64,000 nucleotides of DNA from the NCBI GenBank assembly GCA_003231645.1, contig QIIW01000066.1, positions 4,094 to 68,093 of the forward strand, read 5' to 3'. Under the pieces are notes generated by a model. It was not told the DNA's origin. It saw only the letters and a list, made by a program, of their open reading frames with translations, and made no database searches. This DNA comes from Acidimicrobiia bacterium. Its GTDB lineage: Bacteria; Actinomycetota; Acidimicrobiia; Acidimicrobiales; Aldehydirespiratoraceae. How positions within the stretch are numbered: position 1 is the first letter of the stretch; each line of letters opens with the position of its first letter. Below, one piece after another: positions 1 through 9,018 of this stretch. The translations under genes were made by a program, and so were the position numbers.

Positions 1-258
1 GCCGATGGTCTGCAGCACCGCGAACGCCCACACGGTCGCGGCTGCTCCGTGGACGAAGGCGGTCGAGGGATGCTGTCGGCCGGCCAGCGCCCCGCCCAGG
101 AGGTAGCCGGCGATGATCATCAGATAGAGGCCCAACGACCACACCGACGAGTTGTCGTTGTGAGCGACCAACGCGTTGATGATCGCGGCAGGTCCGGTGA
201 GAAGAAGGGTCATCATCGCTCCGGCGGCGACGACGTTGAGATCGAGTTGGGAGATCAC
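1..258 (-). CDS. integral membrane protein, N-terminal part only (gene runs off the window start)
   Basis: The reverse frame ending exactly at nt 1 is open below an in-frame stop at 345-343. Its translation is VISQLDLNVVAAGAMMTLLLTGPAAIINALVAHNDNSSVWSLGLYLMIIAGYLLGGALAGRQHPSTAFVHGAAATVWAFAVLQTIG, which is strongly hydrophobic. It is absent from the ORF track because no stop lies inside the window. The start is unresolved: GTG 258 or ATG 216 (GGAG 4 nt upstream). Confidence 0.4.
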   Translation of the reverse strand, partial: MISQLDLNVVAAGAMMTLLLTGPAAIINALVAHNDNSSVWSLGLYLMIIAGYLLGGALAGRQHPSTAFVHGAAATVWAFAVLQTIG

Positions 259-349
259 GGCGTGGCTGTCGGACTCGCCGGTTGGTGACCCGTCGATCGT
301 ACCGCCGCCCGGATTTCTCCCCGGAAACTCCCGGAATTCCTCTCAACTA

Positions 350-368
350 ATCAACAATCATTGTTGAT
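350..368. promoter_or_regulatory. Fur-family operator candidate: perfect 19-bp palindrome ATCAACAAT-C-ATTGTTGAT
   Basis: Read directly: nt 350-368 is its own reverse complement around C359. It has the AAT-N-ATT core of 7-1-7 Fur/PerR/Zur boxes. It lies 18 nt upstream of the GTG of the Fur-family gene. TATGGT (375-380) is a TANNNT -10 candidate. Confidence 0.6.
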
Positions 369-386
369 AACGGCTATGGTGCGAGC

Positions 387-878
387 GTGAGATCACCGGA
401 GGCGCTCGCTCAGCGATTCAGGGAAGCCAATCTCAAGGTCACACCGCAGCGCATGGCGGTGTTCGAGGTCCTGGGCACCGGACCCGGCCACCCCGCGGCC
501 GAACAGATCCACCGTTCGGTGGTCGAGAAGCTTCCGAACGTGTCGTTGCGTACCGTCTACCAGGTACTTCGCGAACTCTCCGAGCTCGGCGAGCTGGTGA
601 TGCTCGATCTTGGCACCGGTGCTGTCCGCTACGACCACAATCTCACTCAACACCATCATCTGGTGTGTGACGAATGTGGTGCGGTCGTCGACATCCCGGC
701 CCATCTCACTGAAGTGCAATACGCCGGGGTCGCCGACCTCGGCGTCAGCGTGTCCACGGCCGAACTGGTGATGCGGGGGACCTGCTCCCCTTGCCACGCC
801 GCCGGCTCGACCACCGCCGAATCCACCAAACCAAGTTCCCAACCAACAATGCAACAACTAGGAGATCCCCATGCCTGA
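387..878 (+). CDS. Fur family transcriptional regulator (PerR-like by context)
   Basis: 163 aa. It has the winged-helix N-terminus KVTPQRMAVFEVL, an HHHLVCDECG motif and a second CSPC pair (structural Zn site pattern of the Fur family). An 8-nt overlap with the downstream rubrerythrin gene suggests an operon. Confidence 0.85.
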   Translation: MRSPEALAQRFREANLKVTPQRMAVFEVLGTGPGHPAAEQIHRSVVEKLPNVSLRTVYQVLRELSELGELVMLDLGTGAVRYDHNLTQHHHLVCDECGAVVDIPAHLTEVQYAGVADLGVSVSTAELVMRGTCSPCHAAGSTTAESTKPSSQPTMQQLGDPHA

Positions 879-1290
879 ACTGGCTGGTTCACAGACGCTC
901 GAAAACCTCAAGGCCGCGTTCGCAGGTGAGAGCCAGGCCAACCGCCGCTACCTCTACTTCGCCCAGAAGGCCGACATCGAGGGCTACCCCGACACCGCGG
1001 CTCTCTTCCGTTCGGTGGCCGAAGGTGAGACCGGTCACGCCCACGGCCACCTCGACTACATCGCCGAGGTCGGCGATCCTGTGACGGGCGAACCGATCGG
1101 TGACACCGATGACAACCTCCGGTCGGCAATCGTCGGTGAGACCTACGAGTACACCGAGATGTATCCGGGCATGGCCAAGACCGCACGTGAAGAGGGCTTC
1201 GACGAGGTCGCCGAGTGGATGGAGACCCTCGCCAAGGCCGAGAAGAGCCACGCCGGCCGCTTTGGCCAGGGACTCGAGAACCTGAGCTGA
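871..1290 (+). CDS. rubrerythrin-family diiron protein (ferritin-like domain only, no rubredoxin domain)
   Basis: 139 aa. It contains [30 protein letters not shown] and AEKSHAGRF (E...ExxH diiron motifs twice). There is no C-terminal CxxC pair. Confidence 0.85.
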   Translation: MPELAGSQTLENLKAAFAGESQANRRYLYFAQKADIEGYPDTAALFRSVAEGETGHAHGHLDYIAEVGDPVTGEPIGDTDDNLRSAIVGETYEYTEMYPGMAKTAREEGFDEVAEWMETLAKAEKSHAGRFGQGLENLS

Positions 1291-1384
1291 CCAGTTGAGC
1301 TTCAGCCCCGCCGATGCCCGGATCACCGTGGTCGGCGGGGTGCGCTCATCCGGCCGTCGATCAAGTCTTCCCGAGGAGCCCCAC

Positions 1385-2782
1385 GTGACCATCACATACG
1401 ACCCGTTGGACTCGGCGTATCTCGTCGAGTCGGATCTCCGCGAGGAGATGACCCGTGTGTTCGACCTGTGCCACGGGTGTCGTCTCTGCTTCAAGTTCTG
1501 TGACTCGTTCCCGACGCTGTTCGCGTTCATCGACGAGCACGACGATCAGGATGCGGCGAAGCTCACCGCGGAGCAGCAGAACCAGGTGGTCGACGAATGC
1601 TTCAACTGCAAGCGCTGCTACATCAACTGTCCCTACACGCCCAACCAGCACGAGTGGAAGATTGACTTCCCGCGGCTCATGTTGCGGGCCGAACAGGTTC
1701 TGCACCGCGACCGCAAGTCGTCGCTGCGCGGGCGATTGGCCGACAAGGTGCTGGCCAACACCGATCTCGGTGGACGGGTCAATACCGTCATCGCTCCGGT
1801 GATCAACAAGGCTCTGGGCCGACCCGGCACCAAGATCCGACTGTTGGTCGAGAAGACCGTTGGCGTGTCGGCCCAGCGTGTGCTGCCCCCCTACTCGCGC
1901 CAACGGTTCTCCACGTGGTTCAAGAAACACACACCTTCGCTCGGCCGAGACCGTCAGGCCACCGCCGTGCTCTTCCCCACCTGCATCGTCGAGTACCAGG
2001 ATGTCGGGGTCGGCCACGACATGGTCAAGGTCTACGAACACAACGGCATCCAGTGTGACCTCCCGCGGGGCGAGGTCTGCTGCGGAGCCCCCTACCTCCA
2101 TCACGGCGATGTCGAGTCGTTCCGCGAACATGCCCGCAAGAACATCGACGTCATCTCGGAGGCCCTGCGTTCGGCCGATCAGGCCCGAGCCGCCGGTGAT
2201 CCCGACACGGTGGTGGTGGTACCCCAACCGACCTGCAGTTACGTCCTCAAGTATGACTACGTCGACTACATCGGTGGGGCCGACGCCGAGTTCATCGCAT
2301 CCCGCGCCCGCGACGCCGCCGAGTATCTGGTCGAGATTCACAAGACCGCCGGCCTCGAACTCGACGAGGAATTCCCGGGCGAGATTCCGGCCACGATCAC
2401 CTATCACGCGCCATGCCACCTTCGGGCCCAGAACATCGGCCTCAAGAGCCGCGATCTCATGAAGCTCACCGGAGCGAAGATCAAGGTGGTGGCCGAGTGC
2501 TCCGGTATCGACGGAACCTGGGGCCTCAAGGAACGCAACTTTGGCCTGGCCCGCCGTGTCGCCGCCAAGATGGCCAGGGCCATCGACAAGGCCGACAGCG
2601 AGATCGTGGCCGGTGACTGCTCGCTCGCCAACGGTGCCATCGTGCTCGAGAACGCGACGGTGCCGGTGCACCCACTGCAGATCGTGGCCCGTGCCTACGG
2701 CATCCCCGAGGAGGCGTCGGTGCCCAAACTCAGCATTCCCGACACCGTGGCCCACGACTGCGGCCCGACGGAGGAATCATGA
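1385..2782 (+). CDS. (Fe-S)-binding oxidoreductase, HdrD/GlpC/GlcF-like, with 4Fe-4S dicluster and CCG-type Cys-rich domains
   Basis: Ferredoxin-type motifs CHGCRLCFKFC and CFNCKRCYINCP are followed by two Cys-rich segments (FPTCIVE...CCGAPY; PQPTCSY...HAPCHLRA...AECSG). The ORF is open from TTG 1295. I place the start at GTG 1385 because GAGGAG lies 8 nt upstream and VTITYDPLDSAYL fits the family N-termini. Confidence 0.8.
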   Translation: MTITYDPLDSAYLVESDLREEMTRVFDLCHGCRLCFKFCDSFPTLFAFIDEHDDQDAAKLTAEQQNQVVDECFNCKRCYINCPYTPNQHEWKIDFPRLMLRAEQVLHRDRKSSLRGRLADKVLANTDLGGRVNTVIAPVINKALGRPGTKIRLLVEKTVGVSAQRVLPPYSRQRFSTWFKKHTPSLGRDRQATAVLFPTCIVEYQDVGVGHDMVKVYEHNGIQCDLPRGEVCCGAPYLHHGDVESFREHARKNIDVISEALRSADQARAAGDPDTVVVVPQPTCSYVLKYDYVDYIGGADAEFIASRARDAAEYLVEIHKTAGLELDEEFPGEIPATITYHAPCHLRAQNIGLKSRDLMKLTGAKIKVVAECSGIDGTWGLKERNFGLARRVAAKMARAIDKADSEIVAGDCSLANGAIVLENATVPVHPLQIVARAYGIPEEASVPKLSIPDTVAHDCGPTEES

Positions 2783-3381
2783 ACGCCAGGCTCACCCTGG
2801 CTGACATCGCCGACCAACGGGCCTACGAGCGCGAACGAGACGATTTCCGCGCCCGGATCATCAAACTCAAGAAGCTGCGAAGAGTGTCGGTCGGTCCGGT
2901 CGTCACTTTCGTGTTCGAGAACCGCGACACGATCAGATTTCAGATACAGGAGATGGCTCGCGTCGAGAAACTCTCCACCGGCGAGGCGATCGAAGTCGAA
3001 CTCGACACCTACAACCCACTGATCCCGATGTCAGGCGAACTATCGGGCACGATGTTCATCGAAATGGTCACCGATGAGCAACAGCGTCACTGGAAGCCCC
3101 GCCTCGTGGGCATTCTCGACGCCATGTCCCTGCGGATCGGGTCGGGTGTCGGCGCCGTCACCATCAAGGCCGAGATCGAAGAGGCCCACGCCGAGACGCT
3201 CACCCGGGCAATCCCTCCTTCGGTCAACTACATGCGGTTCGTGGTCGGTGATGATGCCATGATCGACGCGTTCGAAACGGGTCCGGTTTCACTGGTCATC
3301 GACCACCCCAACTACTCGGAATCGACGGTTCTGGCCGGCGCCACGGTCGCGGAGTTGCTCACTGACCTACGCTGTGGCTGA
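2779..3381 (+). CDS. DUF3501 family protein (uncharacterised)
   Basis: 200 aa with an ATGA stop/start overlap with the Fe-S protein gene. The N-terminal pattern RAYERERDDFRARIIKLKKLRRVSVGPVVTFVFENRDTIRFQIQEMARVE is what I associate with DUF3501. The assignment is from memory, not a search. Confidence 0.65.
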   Translation: MNARLTLADIADQRAYERERDDFRARIIKLKKLRRVSVGPVVTFVFENRDTIRFQIQEMARVEKLSTGEAIEVELDTYNPLIPMSGELSGTMFIEMVTDEQQRHWKPRLVGILDAMSLRIGSGVGAVTIKAEIEEAHAETLTRAIPPSVNYMRFVVGDDAMIDAFETGPVSLVIDHPNYSESTVLAGATVAELLTDLRCG

Positions 3382-4450
3382 CCCGGACCCTCGGAGACCG
3401 GCGATGCACTCACTCGAAGAATTCGGCGGTTGGCCCGGCATCCTCGGCCGACTCGCCGCGGGCGAAGACCTCGACGCGGCGACCACCCGGGCGGTGCTCG
3501 GGTGCATCTTGGCCGGTGAGGCCGCCGATGCCCAGATCGCAGCGTTCATGATCGGATTGCAGATCAAAGGCCCGACCGTCGATGAACTCTCGGGTATGCA
3601 AGGTTCGATGCTCGAGGCATCGAGCCCCCTTCACCTGCCGGCCGACACCATCGACATCGTCGGAATGGGAGGGGGGGCATCGCGGCGGGTCCACGCCCTC
3701 AACGTGTCGACCATGGCCGCATTCGTCGCCGCCGGCGCGGGCGCCATTGTGTGCAAGCACGGCAATCGAAAGGCCTCCTCCACGTCGGGGAGCTTCGACC
3801 TGCTCGAAGAACTCGGAGTTCCGATCGATGTCAGCCCCCGAGTGCTCGAGGACCACGTCGTCGGAATCGGTGTCGGATTCGCGTTCGCACGCACGTTCCA
3901 TCCGTCGATGCGACACGTCGCTCCGGTGCGGGCCGAACTCGGCATCCCCACGGTGTTCAATGTGCTCGGGCCGTTGGCCCATCCGGGTCGACTCACCCGT
4001 CAGGTGATCGGTGTGGCCGACTGGGAGTTGGCCCGAACCATGGCCGGCGTTCTGGCCGCCACCGGATCGGTGAGATCGTTGGTGGTGCACGGTGAGGGCG
4101 ACGACGGTCACGGCCTCGACGAGTTGACCACCGCCGGCCCGTCACGGATGCTGTCGCTCGACGGTGGTGAAATCAGCGAAATATCGGTGAATGCCGTCGA
4201 CCTGGGTCTGGACAGGGTCGACGCGTTGGCGATCGCCGGCGGTGATGCCGAGGCCAACGCCGTGATCGCCCGCTCGGTGCTCGGTGGCGAGCGCTCAGCC
4301 GCCCGTGACATCGTGGTGCTCAACGCCGCCGCCGGACTTGTGGTGGCGGGCCTCGCCGACGATCTCGGCAGCGGTGTCGATCAGGCATCAGCGGCGATCG
4401 ACGACGGTCGGGCTCTGGGCAAGCTCGAAGCCTTGGTGGCCGCGGGCTGA
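3374..4450 (+). CDS. trpD: anthranilate phosphoribosyltransferase
   Basis: Motifs AAFMIGLQIKGPTVDELSG, DIVGMGGG and KHGNRKASSTSGSFDLLEELG. The start could be GTG 3374 or ATG 3404 (MHSLEEFGGWPGILG). Confidence 0.9.
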   Translation: MADPDPRRPAMHSLEEFGGWPGILGRLAAGEDLDAATTRAVLGCILAGEAADAQIAAFMIGLQIKGPTVDELSGMQGSMLEASSPLHLPADTIDIVGMGGGASRRVHALNVSTMAAFVAAGAGAIVCKHGNRKASSTSGSFDLLEELGVPIDVSPRVLEDHVVGIGVGFAFARTFHPSMRHVAPVRAELGIPTVFNVLGPLAHPGRLTRQVIGVADWELARTMAGVLAATGSVRSLVVHGEGDDGHGLDELTTAGPSRMLSLDGGEISEISVNAVDLGLDRVDALAIAGGDAEANAVIARSVLGGERSAARDIVVLNAAAGLVVAGLADDLGSGVDQASAAIDDGRALGKLEALVAAG

Positions 4451-4530
4451 GCCTCGCCGGCACACCACGCGTCGGCGATTTCATCCCGGTGATGGTGCGG
4501 TCGTCGGGCGAGCCACCGGTGTGCCCGATG

Positions 4531-6147
4531 TCAAGCCCGGGGGTTGACGACATCCTTCAGGTGGTCGGCCAGGCGTACCGCCAAGGCCACGATGGTGTAG
4601 GTCGGCGTGGCGACCCCGCCGGTGGCGAATACCGAGCTGCCACTGATCCACAGGTTGTCGACATCGTGGACCCGGCAGTCGGCGTCGACGACGCCCTCGG
4701 TCGGGTCGTCAGCCATGCGTGTGGTGCACATGTGATGAAAGCCGATCCCGATCGGGAATCCGGTCGGGTCGAAGTCATCGGGCATCGAGCGGTACAGCGA
4801 GATGAGTTCCCCCGAGACGAGATGATCGGCGGCGTCGGCGTGCACCCCGCCGGGGATGATCTGCAGCCGGCCGGCGTTGCCGGCACCGATCTGCTCGGCC
4901 ACGGTTCGAAGTCCGGTGAGCACCGCCGCCCGGTCGGCTGCGCCGTATTGCCAGTCGAGCCTGGTACGGGGCATGCCGAACGGGTCTTTGAGTTTCGACA
5001 GGGTGACCCGACTTTCGGGGTCGAGGCGCTGCTCGGCCAGGACCTGCACGTACGCGGAGGTGGAGGCCCGCCTGCCGTCACCGCCGACAGCGTCATAGAG
5101 GGCGGCGACCCTCGACATGGTCGACCCGGCCGGCTCGTAGGGCATGCCGGCCGGTAGGTGACCGAGAAGGAACTGGACCTCCAGTCCGGTGGACCGTGAT
5201 TCGATCACCTGATCGCTGGTCAGCGCCAGGCCATACTTGACACCGTGGGTGGCGCCGGCGTGGCGACCGGTGGCGATCGTGACGTCGGTGCCATGGAAAC
5301 CGATGAGATCGTCGAATGGGGCCTCGAAAATCCCGAACCCGGCGAAGACCTGAAGATGTTCGGTGAAGTGCCTCCCGACCAGATCGGTGGAATTGCCGAC
5401 TCCGGCCGGATCGGTGTCGGTCGAAGCGAGCAGCAAACGGGCGTTCTCGATACCGCCGGTGGCCACCACGTAGGCACCGGCCTCGGCCCGGAGCGACCGC
5501 CCGGCAAGCGTGCGAACATCGACACCGACTATTCGCCGACGGTCGTTTCGCAGGTTGACGACATTGGCACCGAGCACCACACGGAGGTGATCGGCGCGTC
5601 TCAAGTCGTTTCGGTAGACAGCACCAAACGGCATGGGAAACGCCACCTGAAAGGTGATCGGCGCGACGATCGCGTTGTCGATCGGTGGGAGTTTCAGCCC
5701 CGATCGCTGGTGCCAGACCGTCGGTGAGAACTCACCGTCGGTGATCCTGCACCATTGGGCGGCCCTCTCCCAGTAGGGGAGCAACTCGCGTCGCTCCATG
5801 GGCCAGCCGGAAATGGCAAGGCTGTCTCGCTTCAAGAAATCGACCGGTTCGAGTGGCCGACAGTATCCAGCCCAGTGGTTGGTCGTACCCCCCAGATAGC
5901 GGAGACGGATCGTGTCGAGCGAAACCTCGCCGTCGAGAACCGTGAGCGGGTCGCCGACATTCTCGCCGTCGTAGAGATCCTGGGTGGCCGGATCGGGGTC
6001 GACATCACCCGATTCGAGCAGCACCACGTTGAGCCCCGAACCCGTCAGCTCGAGTGCCAGTGTGATGCCGGCGGCGCCCGCGCCGATGATGCACACGTCG
6101 CTGTGCAGCACGCTCCCGTCGGCGAGATCATCGGCCCGGCTCAGCAC
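4531..6147 (-). CDS. GMC-family FAD-dependent oxidoreductase
   Basis: 538 aa. An N-terminal Rossmann motif DVCIIGAGAAGITLALEL comes directly after the start, so there is no signal peptide. Also present are GGTTNHWAGY and the C-terminal GFHHMCTTRM...DNLWISGSSVFATGG. Confidence 0.85.
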   Translation of the reverse strand: MLSRADDLADGSVLHSDVCIIGAGAAGITLALELTGSGLNVVLLESGDVDPDPATQDLYDGENVGDPLTVLDGEVSLDTIRLRYLGGTTNHWAGYCRPLEPVDFLKRDSLAISGWPMERRELLPYWERAAQWCRITDGEFSPTVWHQRSGLKLPPIDNAIVAPITFQVAFPMPFGAVYRNDLRRADHLRVVLGANVVNLRNDRRRIVGVDVRTLAGRSLRAEAGAYVVATGGIENARLLLASTDTDPAGVGNSTDLVGRHFTEHLQVFAGFGIFEAPFDDLIGFHGTDVTIATGRHAGATHGVKYGLALTSDQVIESRSTGLEVQFLLGHLPAGMPYEPAGSTMSRVAALYDAVGGDGRRASTSAYVQVLAEQRLDPESRVTLSKLKDPFGMPRTRLDWQYGAADRAAVLTGLRTVAEQIGAGNAGRLQIIPGGVHADAADHLVSGELISLYRSMPDDFDPTGFPIGIGFHHMCTTRMADDPTEGVVDADCRVHDVDNLWISGSSVFATGGVATPTYTIVALAVRLADHLKDVVNPRA

Positions 6148-6632
6148 GCGCCCTCACCGCCCGGGACACAGACAAGGGCAACCAACGCGGCGGCTCTGGC
6201 CTCGGAGACGGCCAGCACCCATCCGTCGATCGATATGGTCTCGCCCCGACTGAACTCGCCGGAGATCACCGCGGCTGCGGCTTCGATCGGGTTGTCGACC
6301 GGGGCCGGCAGCCGCTCGAGCAGCGTGGCCGGATCGGCCTCACTCGGGTAAGTAGCCAGATAGCGGTGCCCGAGATCAGCGATGGCCGGATCGAGTTCCC
6401 TGAGCGCTGCGACATCGAGCGACTCGACGAGTTCGGTGGGTGCAGCAGTGGTCACCGGCCCCTCGGCCATGGTTGTCGACGGGGCGGTCTGCGGGACCAG
6501 CACCTTGTCACCGGAGGAGTCACCTCTTCGCCGTTCGAGCCAGCCTGCTCCGCCGGCGATCACCAGCGCCAGGACCCCTCCGCCGATCCGAAGCGCGTGT
6601 CGTCTCGAGTATTGAGTGGAGGCTTGCGACAC
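6141..6632 (-). CDS. Tat-signal small protein, probable small subunit of the GMC oxidoreductase (gluconate 2-dehydrogenase subunit 3-like)
   Basis: With the start at GTG 6632 the product begins VSQASTQYSRRHALRIGGGVLALVIAGGAGW, a twin-arginine motif plus hydrophobic region. There is a 7-nt overlap with the GMC gene. The ORF-track start at 6941 gives an implausible Arg/Ser/Thr-rich extension. Confidence 0.5.
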   Translation of the reverse strand: MSQASTQYSRRHALRIGGGVLALVIAGGAGWLERRRGDSSGDKVLVPQTAPSTTMAEGPVTTAAPTELVESLDVAALRELDPAIADLGHRYLATYPSEADPATLLERLPAPVDNPIEAAAAVISGEFSRGETISIDGWVLAVSEARAAALVALVCVPGGEGAC

Positions 6633-6825
6633 AATGGCTGATCGTAGTTGGCAGGTTCGGCGCGCTGGTGATCTCGGCTGCGACGCCGCGTCCCGTAGCC
6701 GACAAGTGGTGAACCCCATGGACTGTGACGAGTGCGTCGTGCAGCACACCGGGGCGTGCCACGACCGCGTCGTGATCCATGTGGTCGGCCGCGAGATCAG
6801 GTCGGGCTCGTGCCACGATGTCGAG

Positions 6826-7875
6826 ATGGCCGTCGAGTGGCACGAGTTGGAGACGATAGGTCTGGCGGCCGGCCTCGACGCTGTCGGGGTGGCCGGCGCC
6901 GAACCGTTCCTCGAAACCTTGGGCGATCTCGAGGCGCGCAAGGCGGCCGGACTCCACGGGGGTATTCAGTTCACGTATCGCAATCCTCGGCGATCCACCG
7001 ACCCGTCGGTCACCATGACCGGAGCACGTTCGCTGGTGGTGGGCGCACTCGACTACACCCGGCCCGCCCCTGACCGACCGAGTGGCGAACCCGTCGGCCG
7101 CGTGGCTTCCTACTCGTGGGAGGACTACTACGCGGAACTACGCACTGCTCTCGACAAGGTGGCCGAGGCGCTGCGCGGACACGGCCACCGAGCCCGGGTT
7201 GTCGCCGACCAGAACAATCTCGTCGATCGGGCGGTGGCCCATCGAGCCGGCCTCGGCTGGTGGGGGAAGAGTTCCAATATCCTCATACCGGGCGTCGGCA
7301 GCATGGTGGTGCTCGGAGCGGTGTTGACCGATGCCGAGATCACCGGTGGCCGTGCCGAGCCGGTTGCCGATCGGTGCGGTACCTGCACCCGGTGCATTGC
7401 CGCCTGCCCCACCGGTGCCATCGTTGCTCCGGGAGTGGTCGACGCTCGTCGGTGCCTGGCTTGGTTGCTCCAGCTCGACGGCGACTTTCCGGTCGAGTTC
7501 CGTGCCGCCCTCGGCGACCGGATCTATGGATGCGATGACTGCCAGGATGCCTGTCCGCCCAACCAGGTGCGTCAGCGCAGCCCTCTACGACCGGCCACGG
7601 CCGAGGCGTGGGTTCCGATCATCGAGATGCTCACCGTCGATGACGACTCCCTCATGGAGCGTTACGGTCGGTGGTACATACCGCGCCGTGATCCCGACAT
7701 CATCCGTCGCAATGCGCTTGTGGTGCTCGCCAACATCGGTGATCGCCGCGACCCGGCCACCGAAGCGGTCCTGCGATCGGCGTTGGTACACCGGAGCGAG
7801 ATGTTGAGATCCCACGCGGCGTGGGCCGCCCGTCAACTGGGGCTCAGTCACCTCGCCGGCTCCGTCACGACCTAG
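6826..7875 (+). CDS. queG: epoxyqueuosine reductase
   Basis: Two 4Fe-4S motifs, CGTCTRCIAACPTGA and YGCDDCQDACPPN, plus a HEAT-like C-terminus (ALVVLANIGD...). The start is set at in-frame ATG 6826 (MAVEWHELETIG). The ORF is open from 6616. Confidence 0.8.
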   Translation: MAVEWHELETIGLAAGLDAVGVAGAEPFLETLGDLEARKAAGLHGGIQFTYRNPRRSTDPSVTMTGARSLVVGALDYTRPAPDRPSGEPVGRVASYSWEDYYAELRTALDKVAEALRGHGHRARVVADQNNLVDRAVAHRAGLGWWGKSSNILIPGVGSMVVLGAVLTDAEITGGRAEPVADRCGTCTRCIAACPTGAIVAPGVVDARRCLAWLLQLDGDFPVEFRAALGDRIYGCDDCQDACPPNQVRQRSPLRPATAEAWVPIIEMLTVDDDSLMERYGRWYIPRRDPDIIRRNALVVLANIGDRRDPATEAVLRSALVHRSEMLRSHAAWAARQLGLSHLAGSVTT

Positions 7876-7887
7876 AGTGCTCGCGCC

Positions 7888-9018
7888 GTGGCCCGCCATC
7901 TGCTCGTCACCAACGACTTCCCGCCCAAGATCGGCGGCATCCAGAACTACCTGTGGGAGCTCTGGCGCCGGCTGCCGCCCGATGACGTTGTGGTCCACAC
8001 CACGGCCTACAGGGGCGCCGACGACTTCGACGCCGAGCAGGACTTCACCGTTGTGCGCAGCAAGAAGCCCTGGCTGCTGCCGAACCCCGTACTGGCCCGC
8101 CGGGTTGACGCTCTTGCCGACCACCACGACGCCGACTTGGTGCTGATCGACCCTGCGGTACCCGCCGGCCTGATCGGACCTCATCTCCGTCACCGCTACG
8201 GTGTCATATTGCACGGAGCCGAGGTGACCATCCCGGGCCGTATTCCGGTCAGTCGCCAACTGCTCTCGCGGGTGCTCGACAAGTCGGTCGGCGTGATCGC
8301 CGCCGGCGGCTATCCGGCGGCCGAGGCCGAACGGGCGATCGGTCGAGTCCTACCCACCACCGTGATCCCGCCCGGGGTCGATGTCGAGCGTTTCGTCCCG
8401 CTCGGTGCCTCGTCGCGCGCTGCGGCTCGAACCCGCCTCGGGTTGCCGCTCGAAGGCCCCTTGGTGGTTTCGGTGTCGCGTCTGGTGCCGCGCAAGGGCA
8501 TGGACACGCTCATTCGGGCATCGGTCGAGATTCGCCGCCGTCACCCCGATGTCACGGTGGCCATTGCCGGAAAGGGTCGTGACACCAGACGGCTGGCCGC
8601 GCTCATCGGCGAGCTCGACGCACCGGTGCGGTTGTTGGGCCGGGTCGATGATGCCGAAATGCCCGCGCTCTACGGCTGTGGCGATGTGTTCACGATGCTC
8701 TGCCGAACACGATGGGGTGGCCTTGAACAAGAGGGATTCGGCATCGTGTTCCTCGAGGCTGCCGCCGCGGGCGTCCCCCAGGTGGCGGGCCGCAGCGGGG
8801 GGGCACACGAAGCAGTCGTTCAAGATGAGACCGGGCTCGTGGTCGACGACCCCGATGACGTGAACGAGGCCGCTCGCGCCATCAACGGCCTTCTCGACGA
8901 CGACAACCGCCGAGCGGCCATGGCCGAGGCCGGCCGCGTGCGGGCGGTCGACGAGTTCTCCTACGACGTCCTCGCCCGTCGCCTCTCCACGGCGATCCGG
9001 GAGATGACGGTCGGGTGA
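7888..9018 (+). CDS. GT4 (GT-B) glycosyltransferase, actinobacterial MgtA/PimB-like mannosyltransferase family
   Basis: The N-terminus MARHLLVTNDFPPKIGGIQNYLWEL is typical of this family. The C-terminal EQEGFGIVFLEAAAAGVPQVAG is the E-x7-E region of GT4 enzymes. Confidence 0.85.
   Translation: MARHLLVTNDFPPKIGGIQNYLWELWRRLPPDDVVVHTTAYRGADDFDAEQDFTVVRSKKPWLLPNPVLARRVDALADHHDADLVLIDPAVPAGLIGPHLRHRYGVILHGAEVTIPGRIPVSRQLLSRVLDKSVGVIAAGGYPAAEAERAIGRVLPTTVIPPGVDVERFVPLGASSRAAARTRLGLPLEGPLVVSVSRLVPRKGMDTLIRASVEIRRRHPDVTVAIAGKGRDTRRLAALIGELDAPVRLLGRVDDAEMPALYGCGDVFTMLCRTRWGGLEQEGFGIVFLEAAAAGVPQVAGRSGGAHEAVVQDETGLVVDDPDDVNEAARAINGLLDDDNRRAAMAEAGRVRAVDEFSYDVLARRLSTAIREMTVG

Noticed and set aside
376-390. 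Mini-ORF ATG GTG CGA GCG TGA overlapping the fur GTG start.
   Set aside because: It has only 4 sense codons and no SD. If the mRNA is leaderless from 387 it would not be transcribed as an ORF. It is most likely coincidental.
1361-2755. 464-aa minus-strand ORF opposite the CCG-type Fe-S protein gene. Similar shadows occur at 3410-4111, 9093-9995, 21068-22270, 39695-40900, 43877-45154, 44614-45741, 45867-46973 and 53553-54941.
   Set aside because: All lie opposite genes with strong motif support and have low-complexity R/G/P/H/D-rich translations.
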